Counted from the stretch's first letter, positions 35,700 to 49,041 are shown. The stretch: DNA of 56,269 nucleotides from Girardia tigrina (GCA_001938485.1 MQRK01192887.1:1-56269), one strand, 5' to 3'. A program made the numbers and translations. Notes: generated by a model not told the origin, from the sequence alone.

Positions 35700-36300
35700 T
35701 ATAACATATTAAATATTCATGGAGGGTATGTACACAGACAAACGGATAAATCACAATACTAAGGTAACATTTGACAAATTATGTACACAAACACTAGTTG
35801 AGAAAGAACCAAATGAAGTAAATATAAAAGAGCACAAACACAATACCATATTTTTAAGGATTTAAAGCATTTAAGAAGAGTATTTGAAAGAATATAAGTA
35901 GTGTCAAAGAAGTTTAAATGACATCCAAAGTTGAAAGATTCCTTTCAAATAAATCGAAAATTATTTGTAGATTGCAAGCTGATTTAGTTTATATATTTTA
36001 TTGTCATGGGTGTAAACACTCGCACATCGGAGAGACAAATCGTCATTTCAAAATCCGGATTAAGAAGCATTTACAATCAAGTCGATCGAATAACGTTCTT
36101 GATCATTAGTTACACTTTAAAAAGAATCTATTCTATTTTAAAAGATGAATTTTCTGTTTTACAGAAAGACTTTGCTTCACACTATGATCTGCAATTTTCT
36201 GCATTATTATTAATATGACACCACAACCCTTTCATAAACATTAAAAATGGACATTATTATTACAAATGACACCTTTAATAAACAAGACACCACAACCCTC
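35700..36300 (+). mobile_element. Penelope-like GIY-YIG fragment
   Basis: LVYIFYCHGCKHSHIGETNRHFKIRIKKH; similar to 221-372. Confidence 0.8.
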
Positions 36301-36398
36301 TTTTTTCAAATAGCCGTTTGAAATCTAAAAATCTAAAAGTAACATATAAAATAGTAACTAACAAAAACTATTGCTGATTATGGAAAAAGAATTTGCGA

Positions 36399-36441
<43 letters not shown>

Positions 36442-36527
36442 TATTTATAATATTCACAAATAAACTTGAAAAAAGATGGCAATTTTTTATTATAAACAAA
36501 TAAACGCCATTGAAAAATATATTTTAG

Positions 36528-36566
36528 GATAATATATTTCGACGGTTTAACCGCCATCATCAGATC
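36528..36566 (-). ncRNA. Minimal type I hammerhead ribozyme in the Penelope pLTR
   Basis: Reverse complement GAT-CTGATGA-T-GGCGG(ttaaa)CCGTC-GAAA-TATA-TT-ATC; intact core, palindromic stem III. Confidence 0.8.
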
Positions 36567-37957
36567 ACTGATTATGTTCTTTTTTATTGCTTTTATATAA
36601 GAAATGAAAGCTTATGTAATCACTTACGTAAGTCTAATCGAAAACTCTTAACAAATTAGTTGAGAGTGCTGTTTGAACATTGATTTTAGGATCACATGAT
36701 CTTATCAACAATGCTTCACATGACACTCTCTCCTAATAATTTTTAAAATACTTGCACAAAATCTTAAAATCATTTATGCTCATATTACATTTACACTTTT
36801 TTATTTATGCTCAGCAATATTACTCTTTCCCCCTTTTTGACTGTGTTCTTGGACTCGTTTGCAGAGATGACGGGCAGACTCTCCGATGTATGTGGCATTG
36901 CATCCATTACATGTGTATTGATAAACAATGTCCGAACACAATCCTAAAGGAGTATGTGATTTATTGCAAAACATATTTTCAACTTTAAATGATTGAGATA
37001 TAATTTTTAAATTTAAAATGTTATCTGTTGATTTGAAGATCGAATTCTTGAGGTGTTTAAAACCCTTGGAGTAAGGTAAGCTTAGAGTATACCAAGGTAT
37101 AAAGCAGTTTTCAATGTTTAAACTATTATTTTTTTCATTTTTGATTTTTTCTTTTTTGATTATTTTATCTACAGTCTCACGAGTGAATCAGTCTATGATG
37201 GACTTAGAGTAACCGTTATTATTCAATAACTTGCTCAATGTATGAATACTTTTAATAGATTTTGAAAACGTGGAAGAAAGAGACCAAGAGCGGTATAACA
37301 AACCTTTGATCATATTCCTTTTATATTAAAACTCACAAAAACTGTTTATGGAGGTGTACGAACCTGTATCAGTTTTCTTTCGATATATTTCAGTTTCATA
37401 ATGATCATTTTTCCTTTCAATTAACAAATCAAGGAATGGTAATTTTCCGTTTATTTCCTGTTCTAGTGTAAAGATTATATTTGGATGAATCGAATTCATG
37501 TAATCTAGAAAAGGAAACACATGTTCTCGAGATTTAAAGACTAGAAAGATATCATCCACATATCTCTTATAAAGTAGTGGTTTTTTCCCCAAAAACAATT
37601 CTATTTTTTCTTCAATGGAAGAAAGAAATATAGAGGCTAACGTCGGAACCAATGGTGAACCCATTGCAACCCCATCAAGAACACAGTCAAAAAGGGAGAA
37701 AGAGTAATATTGCTGAGCATAAAAAACGAGTAAATGTAATATGAGCATAAATGATTTTCAGATTTTGTGCAAGCATTTTAAAAATTATTAGGAGAGAGTG
37801 TCATGTGAAGTATTGTTGATAAGATCATGTGATCCTAAAATCAATGTTCAAACAGCACTGTCAACTAATTTGTTGAGAGTTTTCAATTAGACTTACGCAA
37901 GTGATTACATAATCATTCATTTCTTATATAAAAGCAATAAAAAAGAACATAATCAGT

Positions 37958-37996
37958 GATCTGATGATGACGGTTAATCCGTCGAAATATATTATA
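37958..37996 (+). ncRNA. Minimal hammerhead ribozyme in the inverted pLTR
   Basis: GAT-CTGATGA-T-GACGG(ttaat)CCGTC-GAAA-TATA-TT-ATA; one stem I mismatch. Confidence 0.75.
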
Positions 37997-39681
37997 CTAA
38001 AATATATTTTTAAATGACGTTTATTTGTTTATTTATAATATATTTGTTATTTATGAACAATATTATTCCCTGATCCATCTAGAAGTCCACTTCTCCGGAA
38101 ATTATTTAAATAGATACCACCACTGAAAAATATATATTTAATATCTTGTTCCTAGTAAAATAAGATGTTTGGCATTAATTTTTCTAGTTACGTTGAGCTT
38201 TTGTACTTACATGGTCAAGATGAGCATTGATTTGAAACCCGTGCAGAGGAGAGAATGTTGATATAAGAGTCTTATTTTTCTTTTTTTCAGTTGATAAAAT
38301 GTTTTCAATGTACATTTCATCATTATTATTTGATTTGCAAGACAGTTTTGCTCCTAGAAAACTTTATTATCCTCAAAGGAGATTTTGTTATATTTCAATA
38401 ATAAGTGAAAATTACATAAAAATTTTAAAATAAGCAAAAGATAAATTTAAATTTTTTAATATTAGGCTTTATAATTCGTCTACCACAAATATACAAAAAT
38501 ATCTTGAATCATAATTACACTGTCTTAGTGCAAAGTTTTTAACAAACTAAGAATAAATTAGCATATAAAGCAAACGAAGTTACGCCGATGGAATTAATAA
38601 TGAAAAGCTTTTTTCACATCAGAGTGCCTAGTAATTCAATGTTTTCAAGGATAACGTTTAAGTAAACGAGTTATACAGAACATTTTATAATAACTTTACG
38701 CTCCAAAACAGTTCGGTTTCACCAAAAAAATCATAAACTGAATTTAGTCACCTAAACATAAAAGGCCTTTAAATTATGAATATTTCTAGAAATTTGTAGG
38801 GTAAAAATTGAGTCAGTACAATGATGTTCAGAGTGTAACCCCAAACTTTAGGCAAAAGAGTTATCAAACAACGAACAATTTCTTCCGTCAGTTAAAAAAT
38901 AATGAATAAGTTAGGATTCCAATGATGATACGTTAAAAAAATTTTTATCTACAATCAAAGTGAATGCTTGAATCAATTATTAAATAAGAACAGGGGCGCC
39001 AAGTTAACAAAATGACTCAGTTTATTGCTCAATTTGTTTAATAGATTTAAATTCAGTTTAAAATGATAATCATTAAAAAAATCATTTTAAAGTACAACAG
39101 TTTTATGTCTGTTTCAAAGCTGGGTGCGTGCAGGGTTCCAGTTAATATGTGGTGACAGTAGGGGGAAATGGGCATTCGGCCTCACGAGCATTGTAAAATA
39201 ATTTTTTCAATACAAAAATCTTTTAAACACATCACACTTAATTACTGGTCAGATAGCATTGCACTGATTCAGAGTAATGAGCGGATGCCTTGTCCAGCCA
39301 GAATAAACTGTTGCCGATCAAATCATTTTTTTCTATGAAAGAAATGATTGTTCGGGATTCGAACATTTTAATTATTATATTTTTGTTTTTTAAATTAATT
39401 ATTATCATCATTATATATTCTTTTCAAAGTGGAGAAAATCAAATCAAATTGAAATGGAAAATTAATTCATTAATTTTCGTCATTGAAATTATTCGATGGA
39501 AATTGAATAATTTGAATTGTAAAAATCATATCTAGTTTTGAAAAATTCAGTAGTTATTTTTTAAGAAAAATTTTAATGTTTGTTTGTAAAAAATCGAGGA
39601 ACTTTACAATTAATAACGTTTGTTTTACTATATCATTGAAAATATTTTGATTACAATAAACGGAATTATTTTTGAAATATG

Positions 39682-40301
39682 CAGAGCCGTGGCAACCACC
39701 CCTCGCGCCCCCCGGTCGGGGGGGGCCTCACGCTTGCATGTGGCCTCTCCAAATAGGGTCAATATTTGAAAATGAATAGAATAACAATAATAAGATCTAA
39801 CACACACACACTGCATATCGGCATGCTTCGTCTACCGTATAATTCAATCCTTAAAATAAATAATGGCTGCCTACTATACAGAGCATCCCACCACACTCCA
39901 CTCCACAAACCTGCCACACCGCGTTGATGCAGTGAGTGTACTGTATGACAATGCCCTGTGTACTTTTAAGCCCTGACTTTATCTCTCACCCATACGCTAT
40001 GCTATAATGGCTGTTACAGCTAATAGCCAAACATCAAATCATTTTCATTGGCTACCCAGACAGACAGCAGTAGACTGTACATACTCAGAGTATGTAACAT
40101 ATAATAAAAACTATTCAATATATATTGAATATTATTCAATATTATTCAATATTATATTTTCTAGTTTTTCTAATAGAGTATGATACTCTAACTCAGAATT
40201 TATTGCACCGCCATTAGCACGAGAGGATTGACAGTGAAAAAATCTAAGGGGCCTCATAAATTTTTTCGGGGGGGGCCTCCGGGTACTCTGCCACGGCCCT
40301 G
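39682..40301. mobile_element. Non-autonomous hAT element (620 bp)
   Basis: TIR CAG(A/G)GCCGTGGCA and a perfect 8-bp TSD GAAATATG (39674-39681, 40302-40309). Confidence 0.93.
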
Positions 40302-40433
40302 GAAATATGAAAAAATTTGCATGTTTTGTGTAATAAGTTTTTTTGAAATTAATAAAGGTTTTTTGATATTGAAGTGTTTATATTTCTTGGAACTATCAAT
40401 TGTTGCTTGTCTCTTTATTTACATTAATATTTT

Positions 40434-41320
40434 ATGAATGAACGAGGAATAACGAAATTTGAAATCGATAATTATTGAATATTTGAACCGAATTACGACT
40501 TTATGTTTTCATGTGAAAAATTTATGAAAAATTTACGATTATTGATCGATGAATTTGGATCAAATGAGAGATCTCTCGATGAGGACACCGCCTGCCGCCG
40601 GTTGATTTCATCGCGAATCGTGGCAATCCAAAGGAGGTCATTTGTATTTTAAACGTTTATTTCGATAAAACCGATTCGATATTTCTCGGTCTTTTGTTTC
40701 TGCTATTGAATGCTCTACATATAATCGATTCGTCGTCTTCCGGTTTCGTCAATGTTCTCTGAGAACCGTTAAATTGCGCTATTTCCTACTTCGATCACGT
40801 ATCGGTCGCGCATCACGAAGGGCACGAGGGAACCGAGCTCGAGAGGTACATCGAGGTCACAGAGACTCGACAACTGCTGTCGCTCACGAACTCTTATTTG
40901 TCGTTTCTCGAAACGCTAATGAAGAAAGATGAACTTCTCAATCGATCGACAGCAATTCCAAACAAATTTTTGTGGAATAGTTTACGACTGTTCAATCGGA
41001 GTCTCGTTAAACTCGTGTTCTATTGTCCGGGCGTCGTCGGGGAGGAGTGTCGAGCGAGTAGGGTGCGAATATTTCGATTAGCCGAGCGATGTGTGACGTG
41101 TTGGCACGAGTGGCTTCAGCGAGGCAATCCAATTCTCTCTGAATCACCTTCCTCGAGCATCGTATCTATTCTCTATCACATTTTCGTCTCTGAAATCTCT
41201 GTCAAATTTCCCCAAATTCTCTTGATTAATTACAATTGGTCAATTTGCGTCCAAAGAATTTCTTGTTCCCTCTATTCTAACCAAAACGATCCTCATGCTG
41301 TTCGACTTTGTCTTGTTCCC
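40434..41320 (+). pseudogene. Intronless host-gene pseudogene, possibly glomulin/ALF4-like
   Basis: One frame nearly open from ~40583 to 41320 (one internal TGA): DFIANRGNPKEVICILNVYFD..LLFLLLNALHII; NPKE plus helical context recalls glomulin. Confidence 0.4.
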
Positions 41321-41595
41321 TCTGACTGCGCTCCAAGCGGTTTCAAGTCATTTCAAAGTAAGGAAGATAAGTACGAATCTAAAGCACACTTTTTTGATAC
41401 CCATGGATTTCAATTTTCCGTGGGTTGTATCAACACTGATGTTGAGCTTCTTTAAACGCATTTTCATGGTAATTCGACGCTATTCTTGGACCATCTTCTT
41501 AAATTTTTTATTTAGTTTGGGTTCGATCATCGGTTACTCTCCGATCTTAAGACACGTCTTGAAAATGCGAGTGTCAGTTGGAAGAAAGACAAATA
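41321..41595 (-). mobile_element. Mariner transposase fragment
   Basis: MVQE*RRITMKMRLKKLNISVDTTHGKLKSMGIKKVCFRFVLIFLT matches the mariner second HTH and WVP-region pattern. Confidence 0.7.
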
Positions 41596-41602
41596 CAGTC
41601 AA

Positions 41603-42049
41603 ATGGGATTGATGAGGGCGTTACAAATCACTGCGACGGCTAATTTCAATCGGGAAATTCGAAGAAGTGTACTCAATAATCATCACCCTGAGCGTCAGTT
41701 AGCTGTACACTTCAATGTCGTATTCAAACCTAACTATCAAGCGAAAATCACATCACCAGATGCAGAAATATTATCTAATCATACAGATTATCACGTCAGG
41801 CAACAATCCAGTAACAACAAGAACCTGTTGAAATTAATGAATGATTCTTTCATCGATTATCCGAGTGATGAAAATGGAACAGATCAACGAATACAGGACG
41901 ATCTCAATAAATGGGCCCAGCAAATTCGAGCTAAGCCACGGCGCAGCTCTGCTACCTCCGTCCGATTCTCGGGCAACCTGAGGGTCGGGTGGACCAATGA
42001 TTCTGCGTTGAATGCAGTAGAATTTGTAGATATTACTGCTGATAACTAA
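41603..42049 (+). other. Unidentified 148-codon ORF within the mosaic
   Basis: Open, protein-like composition; not recognised. Confidence 0.3.
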
Positions 42050-42079
42050 TCATTGACGCCATATAAACCAATCCGATAT

Positions 42080-42469
42080 TCAACAGTCCGAGACAGCGTA
42101 CCACAGTCCCAGTTTTATGGGGTATTTGGTGACATCAGTATACTTAATTCGATTTGGAGATGTGGTCGCATCCTTGGAATAGACGTGTGAGAAAGAGAAA
42201 TTAACAGAATCATTCACTGTTATGTATGTTTCTTCATTCAGGATGATTAGTGGAGGTTGGTGGCAGTTGCTTAGAAGATGCTGATTGTTAAGAATGACAA
42301 ACATTCTTCTGACTTTGTTTGAAAGACCTGTAGAAGGGAACTTTCTTTCGTTTCCTATGCTCAACACCAGCTCTTTGTAGAATATTGGCGATGGATTTGT
42401 GACAGACATTACAACTTTTTGCTGGTTGTCGTACACTTTTTCTGTTTTATTGTTGTAGGAAGAAACCAA
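42080..42469 (-). other. Unidentified 129-codon ORF within the mosaic, convergent with the previous one
   Basis: Open, protein-like composition; not recognised. Confidence 0.3.
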
Positions 42470-42600
42470 ACCACCCTAACCCCCTCAAAAATGGAATCTC
42501 CCCAGGATTTTTCCGCTCTGATGACTCACGCTTTTTTCCACCAAATTATACTGATTAAGGTTCCATCCTTCGTAATTAAAATTTTCACAGGTTTAGGTTT

Positions 42601-42811
42601 TCTGACTGCGCTCCAAGCGGTTTCAAGTCATTTCAAAGTAAGGAAGATAAGTACGAATCTAAAGCACACTTTTTTGATACCCATGGATTTCAATTTTCCG
42701 TGGGTTGTATCAACACTGATGTTGAGCTTCTTTAAACGCATTTTCATGGTAATTCGACGCTATTCTTGGACCATCTTCTTAAATTTTTTATTTAGTTTGG
42801 GTTCGATCATC
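42601..42811. repeat. Identical 211-bp direct copy of 41321-41531 (mariner fragment)
   Basis: Base-for-base identity by inspection. Confidence 0.95.
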
Positions 42812-45800
42812 TAAAGACCCTAGAGGCTCAATTCTATTCAAAAGAGATAAAATAAATAATCGAAATAAACATCGAAAAATTGAAGTTTATTATAACCAAA
42901 AAAAGGCCCCTGAAAGTTGTATCCGAATACAGTGATTTGCATATCTGACTTCATTTCTGCAACCCGACTTGATATAAATTATTTTTACAAATTTCGTTGT
43001 TTATTATTAAATTAATCAATACATATAAGATAACTAAATTTTTCACTCTGTTATTTCACATATAATTTTAATGATATCGTTTTAATCAACGCAACAAAGT
43101 TTAGATTTAAAGTTAAAACTAATATTTAATATATATTTTTTAAGATTTATAATAATAATGATCATTAATAATAGTAAAGAAGAATTTTGAAAGATATATA
43201 TTATATTTTATAAATGATTTAAAAAAAACTTACTTTCGAGTTATAGAAAATAATTTGACGACCGATCAGTAGCGTGAATAAGGGTGGGGGGTAGGGTGCT
43301 ATGGCCCTCCAGATACTTCCAAAAATATTTTTTTTAGTCTATGTGTACATTACTAAAATGTTATCTTTTGTCTTAAAATTCGTATTCTTATAGCATTTCA
43401 GTTTGGACTTAATTATTAATTTTGACATCATTAAATAATAAAATAAGTAATTAAAAGCGGTATTTTAATTTAATATTAATTGAAAATCTTTGGTTTTGCG
43501 GAATTTTGAAATGAAGAAGCGTACATCTGAGTATTGTAAAATCGATGCTTTATTTTGAGAAGGTCAAAGCAATCATTTGAACAAATTGAAAGAATTACTG
43601 GCACTTCAAGCTCAAGTTTTATAAATCCTAGCAAAGTAGCATGCATAAGGGGTGCAGGACGACCGTGTCTTCCAAAGAATGAAATCGTATGTACACTCCT
43701 GCAACCGATTAATTAATATCTCTGTTATTAGTCCAAAATCATCTCTTACAGCCACCACATTTCAACTATCAATCTTCTATTATATAATATATATCTTTTC
43801 TTATTTTCATTTAACAGTTCGAACAGTATTCCATGCGTGTTTCAACTATAAAAATCCTATTATATCGAACCTCAATATATTTCAGACAACAATGTATTGT
43901 ATCTCATCAGTCCTGAGCAATCAATATCCTTGACTCGTATGTATTCACTAAACTTGAACAATTCTACAGTATTTAGAAGACATTCTATTGATAAATCATG
44001 AAAAGTATATTTAGTGGATGTTTTTATATATCTCCTTACGACTCCTTTCATTATTTTTTGTGTGATACAGAGCTCTTATTTTTTTCTTTGTATTATTATT
44101 TCATCAATTAATTATATTTTAATAATTCAAAGTTTGTTATTTTATTTATTATTATATTAGTTTAAAGTTAATCGAATCTGTCAGCTCACTTTTACAGCAA
44201 CCGTGTAAAAAAGACTAGATGAAGGAGATCATTGATAAAATAGATCTAAAAGGGCCAGTGAATAAATGATAATTACAAGGAATATTTTTAATATTTCTTT
44301 TTGCGTTTGATATAATAAATATTTAAATATAAAAATATAAAAAGAATGAAATGAGTAAAGATGGTTTGTATTTCTTATAATTTTTATTGACAATTATTAT
44401 TACGTTAATATTAATAAATAGTTATATAGTTAAAAAAACATGATACAACCCGAAGTCAGTAAGTAACATACAGATAAATAAATAATAAAATATTTACAAT
44501 GGCTTAATTTGATTGGTTAGAAATACTCAATTTTCATTGGTCAATTTTCGTTAATATTATAACACAATTTTATCAAATATTGTTTTATCGGATGATTCGT
44601 TCAGGCATTAACAACTAAATGGAAATTTAACAAAAATCAATCAAAAAATACGAATATTTTCTATTGAAATTATAAATGAATTTCTTTATTATTTTTATTT
44701 TTATTTTATTCAATACCCAATTTATTTCCTCAAAAATCGGTAAGAAATTCGTATTAATATTTTTTATTATAATTGTTATAATTTATTTGTATTTTTTGAA
44801 ATATTATTAAATTATATTATTACGATTTTTTTATAAAAATAACTTTTCATTATTAAAAATTAATTATTTAAAAATTAAATGATTTTTTTGGGAAAAAAAG
44901 AAAATAATTATTAGAGGATTTTTTAATATAATTTTCGTTACAAATATTTTGATGATATTTTTTTGACAAAATAAAAATTGATTTAATAATATTTTTAGGT
45001 AAATATTATTAATTCATAATAATACAAATAGAAACATTATTATTCTGCAATTATTAATTATGAAACTATTTAATTAATCTGAAGCATTCCATATTGCATG
45101 CTTTAAAAAATAAATAAATTTATTTGCAGATATTATGTAATAAATAAGTAAACATTCACCTATTAAAAAAAGATCATTCATATTATTCTTTTTTTGAGCT
45201 TTATTTAATTAATTTGTCTATTCGACTGAACATTCTCATAAAATTTTTGATTTTTGTTTTATCCGAAAGTAAATTTTGTTTTAAATTTTCTTATTTTTCG
45301 GTATTTTTCATCAAAATATCAAAGAATTGAAAATTAATCTAACGGAATAAATTCCGTCAAGATTTTTTTTACTAATGATGAAAGCCTGAAAAAAACTTTT
45401 TTTGGTTTTAATCTCTAAATAATTTTGTTTTTAAAATGATAATTTGTATGAGTAAAATGTGAAAAAAATAATTATTTTTATTTTCTTTTTGTCAAAAAAC
45501 AAAGTGAATGATTATTTTTGTTTTTTTATCATACACGTTTTTTTCGATCTAAAATTATTTAAACCAGAGTTTTAGAAATTTTTCATATTTTTATTATTTT
45601 TAATAATTTTAATTTATAAAATTTTGAGTTAAAATTATAGAAAATTCGATCATGCTTTATTTTTATTTGATTAAATATTAATTTAAATTTTAATGACAAT
45701 TTTTTTCTAAAAGTATAAATTTTCTTTATTAATATTTTAAAAATTACAATATTTATATTGTAATAATCATTTGTATATTATTTTGTTTCATTTATTAAAA

Positions 45801-46829
45801 TTATTAAAATATTTTTTTTACAATATATATATTTCATTTATTATTTATTTACATTAAAAAGCGCAAATTATTTTTTTTTAAAATAGAAAAGAATTTAAAT
45901 TATAAATTAATATAAAGTACAGAAAAAACATTTTAAACATAAAATTAATAAAAGTAGAAACAATATAAAAGTAAATAAAATAATATTTTATTTGATAGAA
46001 ACATCAATAAATTATTTTTTTGGGATATTGGAAAAATATTTTTTATTAATATTTATTTTAAATGATTATTAAGTTTTTAATTAATGATTTAATTAAATTT
46101 TAACATCTAAAAATCAATATTATTTTTTGAAAAAACATAATCGACATTAATCCATTAAAAATTATTGTAAATTTTATAATATAAAATTTAATTGAAAATC
46201 AATAGGAAAAAATGTCAAAATATTGATTGATGTTTTATTTTATTTATTAATTTATTTCAAAGATTTGTCTCATTTATTTAATTTATGAGAATAGATTGTC
46301 AATAGTAAATTGTTAATTGAATTAATTTTTAATTGAATTTTATTTGTTGTTTTGAAATCGGATCTGACATTGATCTACCGATCGTTATTATTTTGTTTTA
46401 ATTATTTATCACATTATGATTTTTCTTTTTCAATTTATTTTCATTCTATTTTTATAATTTATTGTATTGTCTGATTAAATTAATTGTTTTAAATATTGAA
46501 CATTTTTGAGTTTTTTGGGGAAAAAAATATTTAATATTTTAAACTTATTTAATATTAAAGAAAGAAATTATTGATGACAGTGATATTTAATTTAATTTTT
46601 CGATATTTAATTTAATTAATTTAAAGATTGCAGATTTGATTTAATGGAAAATATTCAAGAATTCCTGTGAGTACAGACGATTTGACACTAATTTATCAAT
46701 TGAGATTTTAATGTCCGGTGTAGAAAATATAAAAAAAATAAAATTATAAATCATAAATTATGAAAAAAAATCAAAAATACAAATATATATAAAAATAATA
46801 TTTGAAATAGTTTTAAAATAAATTCAAGC

Positions 46830-47272
46830 CACTTTCCGATTTCATAATTTATTACGTGCTATCACTAAATATGGCTTTCGAAACGTTACCTGTATCGTGT
46901 TTGTAAGGGTTTATAAAATTCAATTAAATATTGCATTCAGAACGTTCAAAAGTTTCAATGAAAATAACCTATCGGGCACTTAAAGGATTGTTTTTTGTAA
47001 ATGACTTTTATGATTTTTATATTCGAAAATTAATTTTTGAATATTTTGGTATCATTATCATTACCGCCATGTTTTTTCTCCTCTAGTGCCCCTGTAGCTC
47101 GTCGGCTAAAGTAGATGATGTCAACTGATATTTTGCTATATTATTGACGTATTTTTGAGATAGTTAAATCTAAATTTTATTACAGTTTATAATAAAAAAA
47201 TAAATAGCCCAGCGAATTTTCGTTTTTTTGTAATGTGGCCCCCAAGTGGTCATAATTTAGACACTTATGGTT
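46830..47272. mobile_element. Degenerate hAT/Charlie-type MITE remnant
   Basis: Ends AATGTGGCCCCCAAG...TTTAGACACTTATG, resembling the ATGTGGCCC...TTGAGACCCCTG terminus. Confidence 0.35.
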
Positions 47273-47805
47273 TAGATCGTAATGATTGATACTCATGTAT
47301 ATTTACAAACTTCAAATATTGAAGGGTAACAATTTGGTTTGATAGGGTTAAAGGCTGTAAAATTTAATTTGAATGATTTTACTTTCTACAAAGTTTTAAT
47401 TTTACACATTTTTAAAAAATTACCTGATCAATTATTAAAATGGAATAGTTTTAATAAACATGTTCATTATTTACATCACTTTTACACAGCTGATCTAAAT
47501 ATTCCCAATATAACTTGCTTTTTACTTAAATATACCAAACCCTTTATTAAGTATGAAACCCATTGCTAAATAATTTCTCGAACGATAACCCTTATCGATT
47601 GTTCTCCGGAATCTTTTCACAGAAACTACGGAAAGGACGAGGAACAAGACAAGGTTGTGGAAGTAACTGATTTTATTTGGCAAAAATAATTTTTGAATTT
47701 ATATTAACAATATTTACATATATCTAACACATTTACAATTTTATTGTATATATANNNNNNNNNNNNNNNNNNNNNNNNNNNNNNNNNNNNNNNNNNNNNN
47801 NNNNN

Positions 47806-47840
<35 letters not shown>

Positions 47841-48930
47841 AAATACATGAAACAAGTTAGGAGTGTTAACTTTCAAATGAAAAGAGAATCTAATCTTTTA
47901 TAATTTTACTTCCTCAAATTTATATTACATGAAAAAAATGTAATTTGGAAAAAACTGTTTTACTTCACAATAATTATTATAATATGTTTCATCAAGAAAA
48001 GTTAACGCCCTCTATTCAGCACTTACATTAAGTGATTTTACATTGATTGTTTGATAAAATTCCAATTTTTTATTTGTATACATATTTTTCAGATTACTTA
48101 ATACGAAAAAGTTTCCATTTTATAATAATAAATAACTTCAAGAAGTTTTATTTTGAATAAATATTTGAAATGCGTCTTTTACTTTAAAAAATTGCATAAG
48201 AGTTTACAACGTTTTAGTTTGACTTTCAATACACAATGCGGGTCTTACAACAAATTATTCAACAATTGTTTACTTAATTGTTATTATTTTTTGGAATTTC
48301 CACAATCATTTTTCTAATATTTCTTTTATTAAAATGTTTTCCTTTAAAATTTTTTTAAAAATTTCTTCCTTTTAAATCATTATAAAAATAATCATATCAG
48401 AAATATTTCAATTATTAGGGTTTCCGTTTTAATCTTTAAAGATATTTTTTTTAAAAAATCTTTAACTAATTTTTTCATTTTGATTTTATATTCTTATAAA
48501 TTTGCATGTTTATAATAATTTTTCAATAATAAAATTTAAAATATTTTCAACCATAAAATATTTCAATTTTATAATCTATAAAACATGAATTTTTTACTGT
48601 AAAATTTCTTCAGTTATATTTTAATGTGTTAAATATTTTCAAATTCTCTTGATAGATTGTAAATATTCAAATTTAAAAAATTATGTGAACTCCCTAAAAT
48701 CCTAACAGTTAATTTACTTTGCAAGTTTGTTGAGGCTTAAAAAACTCTATGGCAATTTTATACTATTATCCTAATCAATAATCTTTTATAAATTTTCAAG
48801 AAAAACTCATCTAAATATTTAAATTATAATCACTGAGTAATAATAACGACCATAAATGTTTCATATTCTAGACATGTTTGCATTAGTTCAAGTAAATGTG
48901 ATTGGTTAACATTAATAATTAACCACAGAA

Positions 48931-49041
48931 TCATATACATTCGCTATTAAGAACACCAATTTGACTTTTCATATTTTTATTTAAACAGTAATTTTGATTG
49001 TCCTTAAGAAAATTTTTGTCAAAGCTTTCGTGCGTTTGCAT
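48931..49041 (-). CDS. Short ORF family member 5 (36 aa, MQTHESFDKNFLKDNQNYCLNKNMKSQIGVLNSECI)
   Basis: Gap-free alignment with member 1 (M...ESF, KDN.N, NK, IGVLN); about 240 bp downstream of block A copy 5. Confidence 0.5.
   Translation of the reverse strand: MQTHESFDKNFLKDNQNYCLNKNMKSQIGVLNSECI

Larger units (their letters stand above)
36439..38032 (-). mobile_element. 5'-truncated Penelope-like element with inverted pseudo-LTR
   Basis: RT DGVAMGSPL, YKRYVDDIF, LPFLDL, IYRKKT; GIY-YIG DIVYQYTCNGCNATYIGESARHLCKRVQEH; 37676-38032 is an inverted copy of 36492-36851. Confidence 0.93.

Noticed and set aside
41321-42811. 211-bp direct repeats as LTRs of a TRIM
   Set aside because: The repeat is a mariner coding fragment that continues beyond the repeat in the first copy; I see no PBS, PPT or TSD.
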